Below are positions 1-11,385 of a stretch of DNA of 64,000 bases, in pieces. Every line of letters begins with the position of its first letter. Position 1 is the stretch's first letter. The position numbers and the translations under genes are program-made. Location: the NCBI GenBank assembly GCA_010909165.1, contig MU008198.1:473429-537428 (forward strand), in the 5' to 3' direction. The notes under the pieces are model-generated. The model made no database searches. It saw only the letters and a program-made list of their open reading frames with translations, and was not told the DNA's origin. This DNA is from Anthoceros angustus (Eukaryota > Plantae > Anthocerotophyta).

Positions 1-819
1 CAGCCTTGCATGAGGTCATCAAGCTCCACCTCTTACAGTCTCGTGGGACCGGTTTTCGGAGGACAGGCTGGCAAGAGGTTGTGTTTGAGGTCGAGATCAT
101 CTGTGTCTAAATTACCCAGCAGTGTGGGTTGCCGTGATTAGCTACTGCCTCGTCACATAAAATTTTGATCACATTCCGTTTTTGGTGTCTGCATCGATTA
201 TCCATTACTATGTTATCTCTAGGAAGAATGTCCTGCAGCGTATCATTGCCCTCTTAATGCACATCTTCTCCGTTTCCTTCCAACCTACCTGTAGCGTCAG
301 TATTCCTTTTCCTGCTGCAATTTGCAACTTTTCACAAGTGTAGCGCAGAACGTGTCTGTCAAGCTCCTCAAGCATCTTAATTCTTCTTCAAGCCGGTCCA
401 GACATGAGAGTCCTCTCTGCAAGTAGCCCTCTGTTTCTGTTTCTGGATGTCTTCACCCCACTTACCTTGGAAGTTTGTGTTGATTTGGGTCTCATCAGGA
501 GATGTCTGTCACACTTGCATATGGATTTGTTTGGGCTTTGCAAGGAACAGCGGTTGGGACCCACCATGGCACCCCTACCACCTGGGTCCGGCAACGCCAA
601 AGCACAGCATGCCAAGCGAGAAGGTTGAAGGCATGGCTCACCATGCCATGGAAGTTGCGGGCCCCGCCTCTGTCTGAACCTTGAATTCAGCCAAATAGAT
701 GACCCCAATTCAAGCTCCTGGACCACAGCTGACCAGGCCAACCTCTATAGAGTGTCACAGAAGATACTCGCAAAAACGTCCTAGCAGAGAAGAAGGCCTT
801 CAGCAACCATTAGCAACCA

Positions 820-2508
820 TGGCAGTAGTAGTAGTGCAGCTGAGGATGCGCAAAACTGGTATGTTGTTCCTCGCCCTCATGCCCATTGTGTGTGTGATGC
901 CCATTCCAACCAACTCGTCTGCGCTTGCGGATGGGCTCACCTTCTTCATCGCAGACAGTCTGGGCCCCAGCCCATGGCAGGGACAGGGCGAGGGATTGGG
1001 GCTCCTCAAGTTCAACAGAATCACAGGAGAGCCAAAGGATCCTGCAACACGCAACCTTCTGGCCTTAGGGATCGACACCTTCCCGAGGAAGGCTAACGCA
1101 TCTTTCGACGCTCCTTATGCACCTCACGTGGGACTCGATCTCAACAGCCTCCAGTCTGCCAATGTGTCGTCCAACTCGTCCAGGGCGTCGGAAATCCGTA
1201 TCGGCAGCAGCTTTGGAGTGTGGATCGAGTACTCTGATCCCCTGCCAGAGATCAGCGTCAGCATTTCAGTGACTGCCTATCCAGTCCCGCCCACAAATGA
1301 CGATGCAGAGCTGGTCCTGACCTACTCCAACTTCGACCTGGATGCCTGGGTCCAAGAAAGCGCCTACGTGGGTTTCTCGGCCTCAGCAGGCCTCGCTGGT
1401 GAAAGCAACATCGTAGAACAGAAGTATTTGTTCTTGGTGTTGGACTACCTGCTCTGCTAGTGTTTCTGACTTGGGCATTCAGGATTTGCTTTCGACCGGA
1501 GAGGAACAAAGAGGAACCGCTTTCAAGACATAAGATGGTGAGCTAGGCATATGTCTGTGCAGGTGACCACAATCGGGGCCCTAAGGCACAAAAACCTGGT
1601 TTCATTGAAAGATGGTGCTATGAGCGCGACGAGTTACTAGTCGTGTACCAGTACATGCCGAAAGGCAGCCTGGCGGACCACCTCTATCCCCGACCCGCTG
1701 CGGGTGCTGCAGTAGGGCTGGACTGGCGGACTAGGTACAGCGTCATACGGGGTGTGGCAGATGCTCTTGGGTACCTGCATGGAGGCTGGGATGAGTCAGA
1801 GGTGCACAGGGATATCAAGCCTAGTAACGTGATGCTGGATGCCAACTTTGTTCCTAAACTTGGTGACTTTGGGCTTTTTGTGCTGTCAGTGCAGCAGCAG
1901 GTCAGTGTACATGGCTCAGCCAGTGCTTGTGAAGTTACTCTGAGGACTCTTTGCTGTAAAAGCTCACGCCTCACGCCAGATAACGTCCCTGTTTGTAATT
2001 AGGAACACTCGGGTACCTGGCTCCTGAATGCTTAAGCAACCGGAGAGTTAGCCCAATTTCGGATGTCTACAGCTTCGGAGTGATGGTTCTCGAAATGGTG
2101 TGTGGGAGGAAGCCTGTGGACTTGAGCAGACCACAGAACGAGAACATCCTTGTAAATTGGGCATGGAGTCTGTACCTCGCAGAAGACAGGTTGATGGAAG
2201 CCGTCTGCCCTTCTCTAAGGGAAGACTGCAACGACGACGATGCCGAGATGCTGCTACGCTTGGGCCTTATGTGCACATCCCTTAATTCCTCGAACAGGCC
2301 GAGCATGCGAAAGGTTGCCCACTTCTTAGAAGGCTCTCTAAAAGTGCAGCCTCACCTTCCCCCAGAGTCTCCCCCCACATTTTGCTCAATCTCCCCCAAG
2401 CTCCCCCAGCGTGAAGCTACTTTGATAGCAACAGCGCTGTCAACAGGAGCAATGGAGGCCGGCATTGGTAAGGGCTGGCCTCGGATTGAGCCCCAGGTAA
2501 ACAGTTGA
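820..2508 (+). pseudogene. L-type (legume) lectin receptor-like kinase, internally deleted and frameshifted
   Basis: Signal peptide MRKTGMLFLALMPIVCV; lectin motifs ADGLTFFI, HVGLDLNSLQS, VWIEY, AYVGFSASAG; TM helix VFVLGVGLPALLVFLTWAF in another frame (~1423-1480); kinase VTTIGALRHKNLV, WCYERDELLVVYQYMPKGSL, HRDIKPSNVMLD, KLGDFGL, GTLGYLAPE, DVYSFGVMVLEMVCGRKP, LGLMCT, RPSMR. The lectin N-terminal part and kinase subdomains I-III (GxGxxG, VAVK) are absent; 1-nt frameshift near 1610. Confidence 0.85.
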
Positions 2509-2650
2509 AGCCGAATGGAAGGTCGGAGCAGCCAAAATTGGCCTAGGGTCTTCTAATTTAGACAGCACAAAGTCTCGGCGAAACGCTGGACTCGCTTTCG
2601 GCTTTGTTTCCACTGTAGAGCCAGCTCGTCAGAGCCGCTGACAAGGTCGT

Positions 2651-2760
2651 GTGAGCAACATGGGCAGAATTGTTGAGGAGATGGAGCGGAAGCTGCGGAA
2701 TGTGCTGGAACAGGCCTATGTTGGCAAGACGAAGGGGCTGGTCTTATCCGTGCACAGCGA
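2651..2760 (+). pseudogene. CPB: F-actin capping protein beta subunit, C-terminal fragment
   Basis: SNMGRIVEEMERKLRNVLEQAYVGKTKGLV matches the conserved CapZ-beta C-terminal motif NMGRMIEEMExKLRNxLxQVYFGKT; no upstream part of the gene is recognisable. Confidence 0.75.
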
Positions 2761-3231
2761 CGGAAAGTTAGTGCGATTGTACCTCTGGCCCAAGTCTTCG
2801 CTAGCAGCTCTTCGCATTTACTTGATGAAGAGATGGAATCGTCGAGGAGAACGACGATGACAACATCTTGAAATCATTTCTCCAAGCACAGCTACTCTTT
2901 GTCTACTAGTGTCAAGGTTTTGTATCGCACCGTGTTTTAGGTCATTTGATCAAGTGCTGTGGTTCTGAGGGTTCTGCATAGTGTTCAGAGGCATCTAAGG
3001 CTAGAGTGGTCAACGGATTAAGTAAGACAAAGGCTAATTTCCTCGGAAAGCCTACAAGGTTGCAGCCTGCTCGTGGCCGGGCAACTGCAAGCCTCAGCTC
3101 TTGGATGCAATTGTCGGAAAACAATCCGTTGTATATCAGTCCCTGCTGGCGTTTCAATCACTTGCATCATGTATCGTCGGAGCATAATCCTTCTAATGTA
3201 GTCTTACTGCTCCTCAGGTCAAGCAGGTGAA

Positions 3232-4048
3232 TTGCTGTCAGGGTGGGATCCACAACAGAATCTAGGGCGACCAAGTTCTGCAAAAGGCGGAGGAAGCGGT
3301 GGTGGTTCAAGTGCTACTGTAGCAAAAAAGCTGTTCCTTCTGTGTGGAACTCCAGGGCCTGGGAAAAGTACTACAGCCGGACTTGTTTGCAGAGAGCTTT
3401 GTTGTCATTCGTCTGATCTACGAGCACTGTGCCAGGAGGTTGTAGGTCAATGCAAGGGATTCCGGAGGAAAGGCAGTCGGTGACTCGTTTATAAAGAATG
3501 AAATGAAAGGCAGCGCAGCTAACTGCATAACGGAATGGTTAGCAGTGATTGCTTAAGCGTCCGCAATGCAGATAGGTAGAGCTGAAACGGCAGTTTGCTA
3601 AGGACTGCGGGGTGTTCAGCTTCTCTGGTAGCACCATGGTGAAGCTTTGTACTGCTTGCTGACTGTACTTTGTAGGGGACAAAGAGCCAAGGAAAGCAGC
3701 TCTAATCATGGGTGAAGTGGATGGTATGTTTGGAGGTGATCCAGTAGGGATTGCTGATTTGATAGCCAGCATCAAAGTCAGCAATATTCCGATCATCTGC
3801 GTATGTAATGACCGATACAGCCAAAAACTGAGAACTCCCAGAAAGCCCACTACGCAGCAGGCCATTCTATGTTTGTAGTTATGAACGATTGTGATCGTCT
3901 GTTTCTCGACATGTCAGCAAGAGCTTATCTTTTCATAATGGTGCTGCACTCGACAACTTCAGTGTTCTTCACATAGTAACTTCATTCACTGCAGATGGCA
4001 AAAAGGTTTAAGCAAGTTTCACAGGCAGAAGGGCTTCAAGTAGACGAG
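3232..4048 (+). pseudogene. RFC1: Replication factor C subunit 1 AAA+ fragment (about four exon pieces)
   Basis: KKLFLLCGTPGPGKSTTA (Walker A), VNARDSGGKA (NASD box), ALIMGEVDGMFGGD..GIADLIASIKVSNIPIICVCNDRYSQKL, RKPTTQQ|MAKRFKQVSQAEGLQVDE. Walker B has D->G, about 10 residues are missing before RKP, and there are frameshifts. No N- or C-terminal RFC1 exons nearby. Confidence 0.85.
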
Positions 4049-4829
4049 GTGCTCTGGTGCTCCTCTCGGACAAGCATACAATCTCCTCATCGTTTGGGCT
4101 ACACTGTTTTTTCCAGGTACCATGTTTTGACACTGTTACGTATGCCCTGTTTGGAACGTAAGGTTGTGACCTTACACCCTAAATCAGGACGCTCGTAGTG
4201 GTCCTTGTCTGGTCGCCTAATGATCTTTGCAAAGTGTTTGGTAATACTAGGAGAAGTACTTCAACCATCGTCCAAGTGGGGCTTCAAGGGATGACAATAG
4301 GTTATCAAGACTGGACCTGATTCTACAAGCAGCCTCACTAACTGAAGATGGCGACTTGCTTGATGTCCAAACTAGAAGATATCGTCAGGGGCTCGTTTAT
4401 GCCAAGTATTAGTCTCTTCTGTTGAATGAATTTCTGTGCACTACTAAAGCAATATTCTCCCACGTGTTTCTGAGGCACAAAACTCGAAAAAAAGATCTGA
4501 CAATTCGAAGCTTCCTTGTGCGAGCTTTCCCCACTATCGCGCCGGAGCTTATGGGCAGTTCTTAAAATATCAGTGGTCGGATGTGGGGCCCATTGGCAAG
4601 GAGGTTCTCTATGCTATGGACGAAGGGGCTCCATCCTTACAGTGTGCCTTGTCGGTTCTTGTTCTTTCTGATGTTGCTCATTAGAGGGTTGAGATCAGAT
4701 TTGTAGCCAGTGTTTCTTAGGAAGCTCTCCTCCATCGTTTCGCCGCGCTCTGTTACAATTCTATCGCAAATGTTGAGCATCGCGGGAGCCTGGAGACTGA
4801 GGACGGCCCATTCGACTACAGCTTTCAGA

Positions 4830-6523
4830 ATGGGAGAGGCTCGAGTGCAGCTCGCTGCAATATTGTTGCTGGCTTGGCCGCTGATGATCCTGGCGGATGT
4901 TTCCACGGGCCTCCCTCCTGGCGTGTGCTTCTGGCGCCAAGGCATTCTCCGTGACGGAGAGCTGGGCGGGACCCAGAGTCCCCGGGACTGTACCTTCCAG
5001 GTGAGTGGGGGCATCGTGTCCCCCAGTCCTCGAAGGTTTTTGAGAAAGCTTTGGGTTGTTTGAACACCAGGTCCGTCACCAGAATTTTCTCAAGTTGGGT
5101 TGTTTGAATACCAGGTCCGTCACCAGGATTTTCTCAAGTTGCTGGGGCCGTCGCCAGTGGTGGAGTTTGAGGTTGCAGCCGATGCACATGAGGGAGCTGT
5201 TTACTACCCGGACAAAGGCGAGTTGTACTTTTCCACGACGAGATTGCCAGGCGCACCCATCAAGGTTGTGCTTCTCCTTCGGTAAAGTCTAGCATTGAGT
5301 TGTGCCGCCATGTGGAAGCTCAGAAAGGCACCAAACTTTGAGCGGTGTTGCAGTTGCGGAAGTTTGCTCTCAAGGACAAGAAAGTGACGACCGTGGTGGA
5401 GGATACCGATATTGCCAACGGCATGGTTTTGGACCACGATGGCAATCTACTGGTCTGTGAGATGGGGCGGATGAATGTTCCTGGATACATCGAGAAGATC
5501 AATCTCACCTCTCTGCAGTCAACCACTGTTGCTGACAATTGGTTCAACATACCATTCAACAGTCCTAACGACGCTGTCGTGAAGAGCGACAAATCTATTT
5601 GGTTCACCGACCCTGACTACGGGAGGTAATCTGGCCACTTATGTTGTTGCAGACTGGAGCATTTCCTCAGTCCACGCAAACCTAATTTTCCGCCATGGAT
5701 ATGTACTGGCAGCGCCCAAGGATATGCAGGGGCCCCAAGAGTGAACAACCAGGTGTACAGAATTGACCCCGATGGGACAGTGGATGTGGTGGCCGATGGG
5801 TTCTCCAAGCCAAACGGATTGGCCTTCTCCGAGGATGAGAAACTCCTCTACGTGGCTGACTCGGGCTATTTAACAGGGTGTGCTCAGCTCCCAGAGCTCT
5901 GATGACCTACGTACCTGAGTCCTCCAGCACTTTGAAGATGTCATCTTGACCCTCATCTTGATCTCACTCCATGGCAGCACATGCACTGACTAAGAATTTT
6001 CGTGTTCCAGGCTACAAACGTTTGATATTCGAGGACCTCACTCTGTGACTGTCTTCGATGTCTGTGGCCGCACTCTAGCGAACAGGCGCTTTTTCACCTC
6101 GGTTGCTCGCTACGATGGTGCTGCCCTTGGAATCCCGGACGGTGTCAAGGTGGACACTCGGGGGAATGTGTACATAGCCACCTTTGACGGTATCCAAGGT
6201 CTGTCGCAGATATTGCTGTGCTTCCAAGGTTGTCTCAGCCGTTCCCAAGCTGGGGAGTTGATATGCTAACGTCATGTGCTATGGGCGCAGTGTTCGACAA
6301 AGAAGCACAAGCATTGGGACGAATCGTTGTGCCTGGAGCAGTGAATATGGGCTTTGGGGGCCCCAAGCTCGACACCCTCTACATCCTTAATGAAACGGCT
6401 ATCCTCTCTGTCCAGCTGAAGGCCACCGGAGCGGGCCTAGCGTACGCTGCTAAGTATCACAATTTGCCGGTTCACGAGTTAGATGATTCGGGTGGCATGG
6501 CCAGAATGTGCAAAATGTATTGA
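4830..6523 (+). CDS. Secreted SMP-30/gluconolactonase/LRE (SGL) family lactonase, 6 exons, 392 aa
   Basis: Exons 4830-5000, 5115-5264, 5354-5625, 5713-5877, 6011-6198, 6291-6523 join in frame (1179 nt) with GT-AG introns. Signal peptide; motifs AHEGAVY, FNSPNDAVVKSDKSIWFTDPDYG, PNGLAFSEDEKLLYVADS, PDGVKVDTRGNVY, NMGFGGP. Confidence 0.92.
5051..5138 (+). repeat. 44-bp tandem duplication spanning the intron-1 acceptor
   Basis: ttgggttgtttgaa(c/t)accaggtccgtcaccag(a/g)attttctcaag at 5051-5094 and 5095-5138, two mismatches. Confidence 0.95.
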
Positions 6524-7127
6524 TCGAATTCTACTGGCCTGGAAGCAAATGCGGAACACGATACGTATTTAGGATCGCAGTGGTATCGCTAGATATACCA
6601 CCACCCATATGAACTTCCCTAAGTCCTTAAATGGTCAAACAACAAAAAGGACACAGCAGGGGCATCATGTATGAAGCTTCTTCCCCTTGGTACATAGCAC
6701 CTAATTGTCGACAGTACACGCTTGCACAAGGCCCACACCTATAGGTGAGTATCAATACTTTGTATTTTATACTTTTATAACTTAAATAGTTAAGTACAAA
6801 AAATATAAAATTTGATATATATAGTAAATATATTTGCAACTAACAAATAATACATGCCGCATGGAGAAGAAAATAAAAGGGCTTTTATTAAAGGAGAAGA
6901 GATGGAGTAAGCCCATCTACCTTTCAAAGGCTAACACTAGCTAGGGATCTCAAGGGTCCGTGTAAGCGGAAGCAACTAAGCTCTGAATCTAAAATCTATG
7001 GCTCCTGCAATATCATGACTAAGTAGGTTTTAGAGGATGTGAGCACGCTTTGGTGGCTCGATTCACGATGAAAACGGTGTGCCACAGGATCACCGGACCA
7101 ATCGAGGTGTCACCATGATCACCGTTA

Positions 7128-7340
7128 TCATTGTCGTCCTAAGGATGCCTCGTGGCCGCTTGGACAGCAATGGACACATGTTGTGGAAAGAAAGATGTGA
7201 AGTCCAAGAGCTAGGAAGCCCCACACCATGTATGTGACCGTGAAAGGCTTGAGCGCAACACTTGATAAATTTATCAAAGTCCGCAGCCAATGTGCCATAC
7301 ATTTGGAAAGCGAGCAAAATGAAGAGCTGGTGCACTTCAT
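7128..7340 (-). mobile_element. 3' fragment of a CRE/R2-group non-LTR retrotransposon (RLE endonuclease C-terminus), first copy
   Basis: HQLFILLAFQMYGTLAADFDKFIKCCAQAF followed by ..PQHVSIA.., as in the cleaner copy at 36373-36590. Confidence 0.55.
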
Positions 7341-9136
7341 GTTGTCACACTTAGTTTCACAGAGACTTGATCACCACGGACGAGGTACATGATGAGATGA
7401 GCCCTAATTGACCTTGCTTGACAGCATGGAGAAGCACACGGCCACTTACGTCTCATGTGAAAAAAAATATGGCGTGTTGCAAATGGCATTCCATAGTTCC
7501 TCATATTCATCTTCTTGTGGAGTAAGAATGTCTTGAGTGAATGTCTTAAGGACGTCTTCTTCATATTTGTTTTCCTCTTCAATAAAAATATCTTTCTCAT
7601 ATTCATTTTCTTGCTCTATAAAAATATCTAAGTTCTCCTCATATTGGTTTACTTCTTCTAAGAGAAATTCTTCGTTCTCATATTCATTTTCTTCATAAAA
7701 ATGTACCTAGGTGAAGATGCGTAGAAATGTCCTCGGCATATTGGTTTACCTCTTGAGTAGAAATGTCCTCCTCATATTCGTCTTGAGTAAAATGTATTGC
7801 TCATATTCGTGTTCTTCACTAAAAATATGCTTGTCGTTATAATCGATTTCTTCTTCATTTTCCTTGTAGTCGTTTCTTCTTCATCTTCTTTATATTCTTT
7901 TCTTCATCATTTTCCTTATAGTTATTCCCTCTTCAGCAAAAATATTTTTGCATAATCTTCTTCCTCTTGATTAGAAATATTCCCTCATCATCATCTTCAT
8001 CCTCACCAAGAATATCTTCGTCATTAGTGAAGGAGTTGCTACATTCAATTTCTTCATACCTTGGACCACGGACGATTTTTTCATGTCTTCCACATCAAGA
8101 TGAATGTCTTGCTCATATTTGCTTTCTTTGTCGGTTGAACTATTATGCTCATACTCATTTTCCTCTTCCTCTTCCTCATTTTCTACATAATCTTCTTCTT
8201 CTTCTTCTTCATAATCTTCTTCTTCTTCTTCTACATAATCTTCTTCTTCTTCTTCTACATAATCTTCTTCTTCTTCAGCACTTTGAAGATGTCATCTTGA
8301 CCCTCATCTTGATCTCACTCCATGGCAGCACATGCACTGACTAAGAATGTCTTCGTCAACAAGGAAGTCGCCACACTCAATTCCAAGATGTTTTGGAAGT
8401 ATGGCACTAATTTTGTTGCTCCACAAGGGATCTAGTTTGAAAATATAGCGACATTTTGAAGGACTTCCCAATATATAGTGCTGTTACTTTTTAATTGTAG
8501 GATTTCTCGTCGTGAAAGGAATCAATTTAAAGTCTACTTGCAATTGCAAAAATTTGTTTCAATGATCCTCTTGACCAAAGTCTGCATCTTTTACAGATGA
8601 CCTAACGCATATCATGGGATAGAAGAGATCTTGTGAGATGATTTTGAGCAATTTTGGCCTTCTCTTTAAATTAGTTGCGTAACAAGTTCTTGTGACTTGT
8701 ATCTCCAAGTGATTGGAATTGTTTAAGGTCATCATAACTGTAAAAGATATAACTTGATTCTACGGTTTACGAAGAGGACAAAGAAGCACTTTGTCAAACT
8801 TTTCAAACAAGCTTTTAAAAGTTTGTGGAACGGAAAAGTTTGGTCACTAAGTTTTGGCAAAACACGAGACAATTTGGGGACCAAGGCGGAAGGTTACGGT
8901 AGGGAAGTTTTTGATGGATGAAGGGAGGATGACTACAATTCTGTAGGAAGTAGGGGATTTGTAGGCGTCCGAGCTAGCGTAATCGAGTTTGAGAGACGAA
9001 GGTAGATAGTAGGTAAGTCGCTCAGAGGACGTCCGTAGGTGGTCGGGACTTGGTTAATTGAGAGAACACAGGATGTCCTAGACTTAGCCGTTAACGGTAG
9101 AAAGGAGGCGAGAGTAGGATATGTTAGAAAACCCAT
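7337..9136 (-). CDS. Orphan acidic-repeat protein, unit 1 (frameshifted in the assembly; contains a 73-bp foreign patch)
   Basis: Same reconstructed ORF as the unit-5 copy. Confidence 0.45.
8276..8348 (+). repeat. 73-bp copy of gluconolactonase intron 4 sequence (5925-5997) patched into unit 1
   Basis: Exact match cagcactttgaagatg...gcactgactaagaat, replacing the unit sequence between microhomologies cactt and actaagaat. Confidence 0.9.
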
Positions 9137-9632
9137 TTGATACGCATATATAGGGGAATTAGGGGTCTATTATGACATCCGAGAAACAAAGTTCCTTGGA
9201 CTTGACTATAAATATCCAAGCGGGTAGGAAGTCCTTGGCCTTTGGGGTTTCGTAGAAAGTTCCTTGTCGAGACCATGGTAGAAAAAGGATATGAGATAGA
9301 GCCATGCATTTCATGAGCCAAGGAGGATAACTTCCTTGGAATTGAGGGAGGGGGGTTCAATTTCTCGAATGTCACGCAGAGGGCTATATATACATGTCGC
9401 TTATCATATATAGAAGATGAGATTTGATGATCGGGATCATCGAGGAGGACACGTGGCGCACATCGAGATGGGGCGCAACTAGGGACCGGATACCAACCGG
9501 ATTATCACGAGAAGGAAAAGTCGATTCGTGCATAAGGCGACCATATTGTCGAGGAAAGGAATCCTCTATAAGCTAGGACTAGACAAAGTAGTTCAAGGTG
9601 TTTTGGAGGCGAACAAATTGTGGTGGCGGAGG

Positions 9633-10075
9633 CCCTCTACATCCTTAATGAAACGGCTATCCTCTCTGTCCAGCTGAAGGCCACCGGAGCGGGCCTAGCG
9701 TACGCTGCTAAGTATCACAATTTGCCGGTTCACGAGTTAGATGATTCGGGTGGCATGGCCAGAATGTGCAAAATGTATTGATCGAATTCTACTGGCCTGG
9801 AAGCAAATGCGGAACACGATACGTATTTAGGATCGCAGTGGTATCGCTAGATATACCACCATATGAACTTCCCTAAGTCCTTAAATGGTCAAACAACAAA
9901 AGGACACAGCAGGGCATCATGTATGAAGCTTCTTCCCTTGGTACATAGCACCTAATTGTCGACAGTACACGCTTGCACAAGGCCCACACCTATAGGTGAG
10001 TATCGATACTTTGTATTTTTATATTTTATAACTTAAATAGTTAAATACAAAAATATAAAATTTGATATATATAGT
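9633..10075 (+). repeat. Duplicate of the gluconolactonase last-exon end, 3' UTR and array start (6375-~6825)
   Basis: Near-identical sequence, entered through the shared 10-mer ccctctacat and exited through atatatagt. Confidence 0.92.
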
Positions 10076-11385
10076 GTGTTACTTTTTAATTGTAGGACGA
10101 TTTCGTCGTGAAAGGAATCAATTTAAAGTCTACTTGCAATTGCAAAAATTTGTTTCAATGATCCTCTTGACCAAAGTCTGTGCATCTTTTACAGATGACC
10201 TAACGCATATCTACAGGATAGAAGAGATCTTGTGAGATGATTTTGAGCAATTTTGGCCTTCTCTTTAAATTAGTTGCGAACAAGTTCTTGTGACTTGTAT
10301 CTCCAAGTGATTGGAATTGTTTAAGGTCATCATAGCAAAAGATATAACTTGATTCTACGGTTTGCATCAAGAGGACAAAGAAGACTTTGTCAAACTTTTC
10401 AAACAAGCTTTTAAAAGTTTGTGGAACGGAAAAGTTTGGTCACTAAGTTTTGGCAAAACACGAGACAATTTGGGGACCAAGGCAAAGGTTACGGTAGGGA
10501 AGTTTTTGCGATGGATGAAGGGAGGATGACTACAATTCTGTAGGAAGTAGGGGATTTGTAGGCGTCCGAGCTAGCGTAATCGAGTTTCGAGACGCAGGGT
10601 AGATAGTAGGTAAGTCGTTACAGGACGTCCGTAGGTGGTCGGGACTTGGTTAATTGAGAGAACACAGGATGTCCTAGACTTAGCCGCTAAGGTAGAAAGG
10701 AGGCGAGTAGGATATGTTAGAAAACCCATTTGATACGCATATATAGGGGAATTAGGGGTCTATTATGACATCCGAGAAACAAAGTTCCTTGGACTTGACT
10801 ATAAATATCCAAGCGGGTAGGAAGTCCTTGGCCTTTGGGGTTTCGTAGAAAGTTCCTTGTCGAGACCATGGTAGAAAAAGGATATGAGATAGAGCCATGC
10901 ATTTCATGAGCCAAGGAGGATAACTTCCTTGGAATTGAGGGAGGGGGGTTCAATTTCTCGAATGTCACGCAGAGGGCTATATATACATGTCGCTTATCAT
11001 ATATAGAAGATGAGATTTGATGATCGGGATCATCGAGGAGGACACGTGGCGCACATCGAGATGGGGCGCAACTAGGGACCGGATACCAACCGGATTATCA
11101 CGAGAAGGAAAAGTCGATTCGTGCATAAGGCACCATATCTCGAGGAAAGGAATCCTCTATAAGCTAGGACTAGACAAAGTAGTTCAAGGTGTTTTGGAGG
11201 CGAACAAATTGCGTGGTGGCGGAGGCCCTCTACATACTAAGGAGGCGGGGGACATTATTCTGCACAAGGATAAGAAGATTTTGAGCAGGCTTTTGGTGGT
11301 CCACTATGCAAAGGGACATGGAAATTTATCAAAGTCCTCACCAATGTGCCATACATTTTGAAAGCAAAATGAAGAGCGGTGCACT

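Noticed and set aside
1-741. Short overlapping ORFs at the window start
   Set aside because: No recognisable domain or consistent exon structure.
4710-4829. Upstream extension of the lactonase ORF from 4710
   Set aside because: It relies on a GTG start; ATG 4830 directly precedes a good signal peptide.
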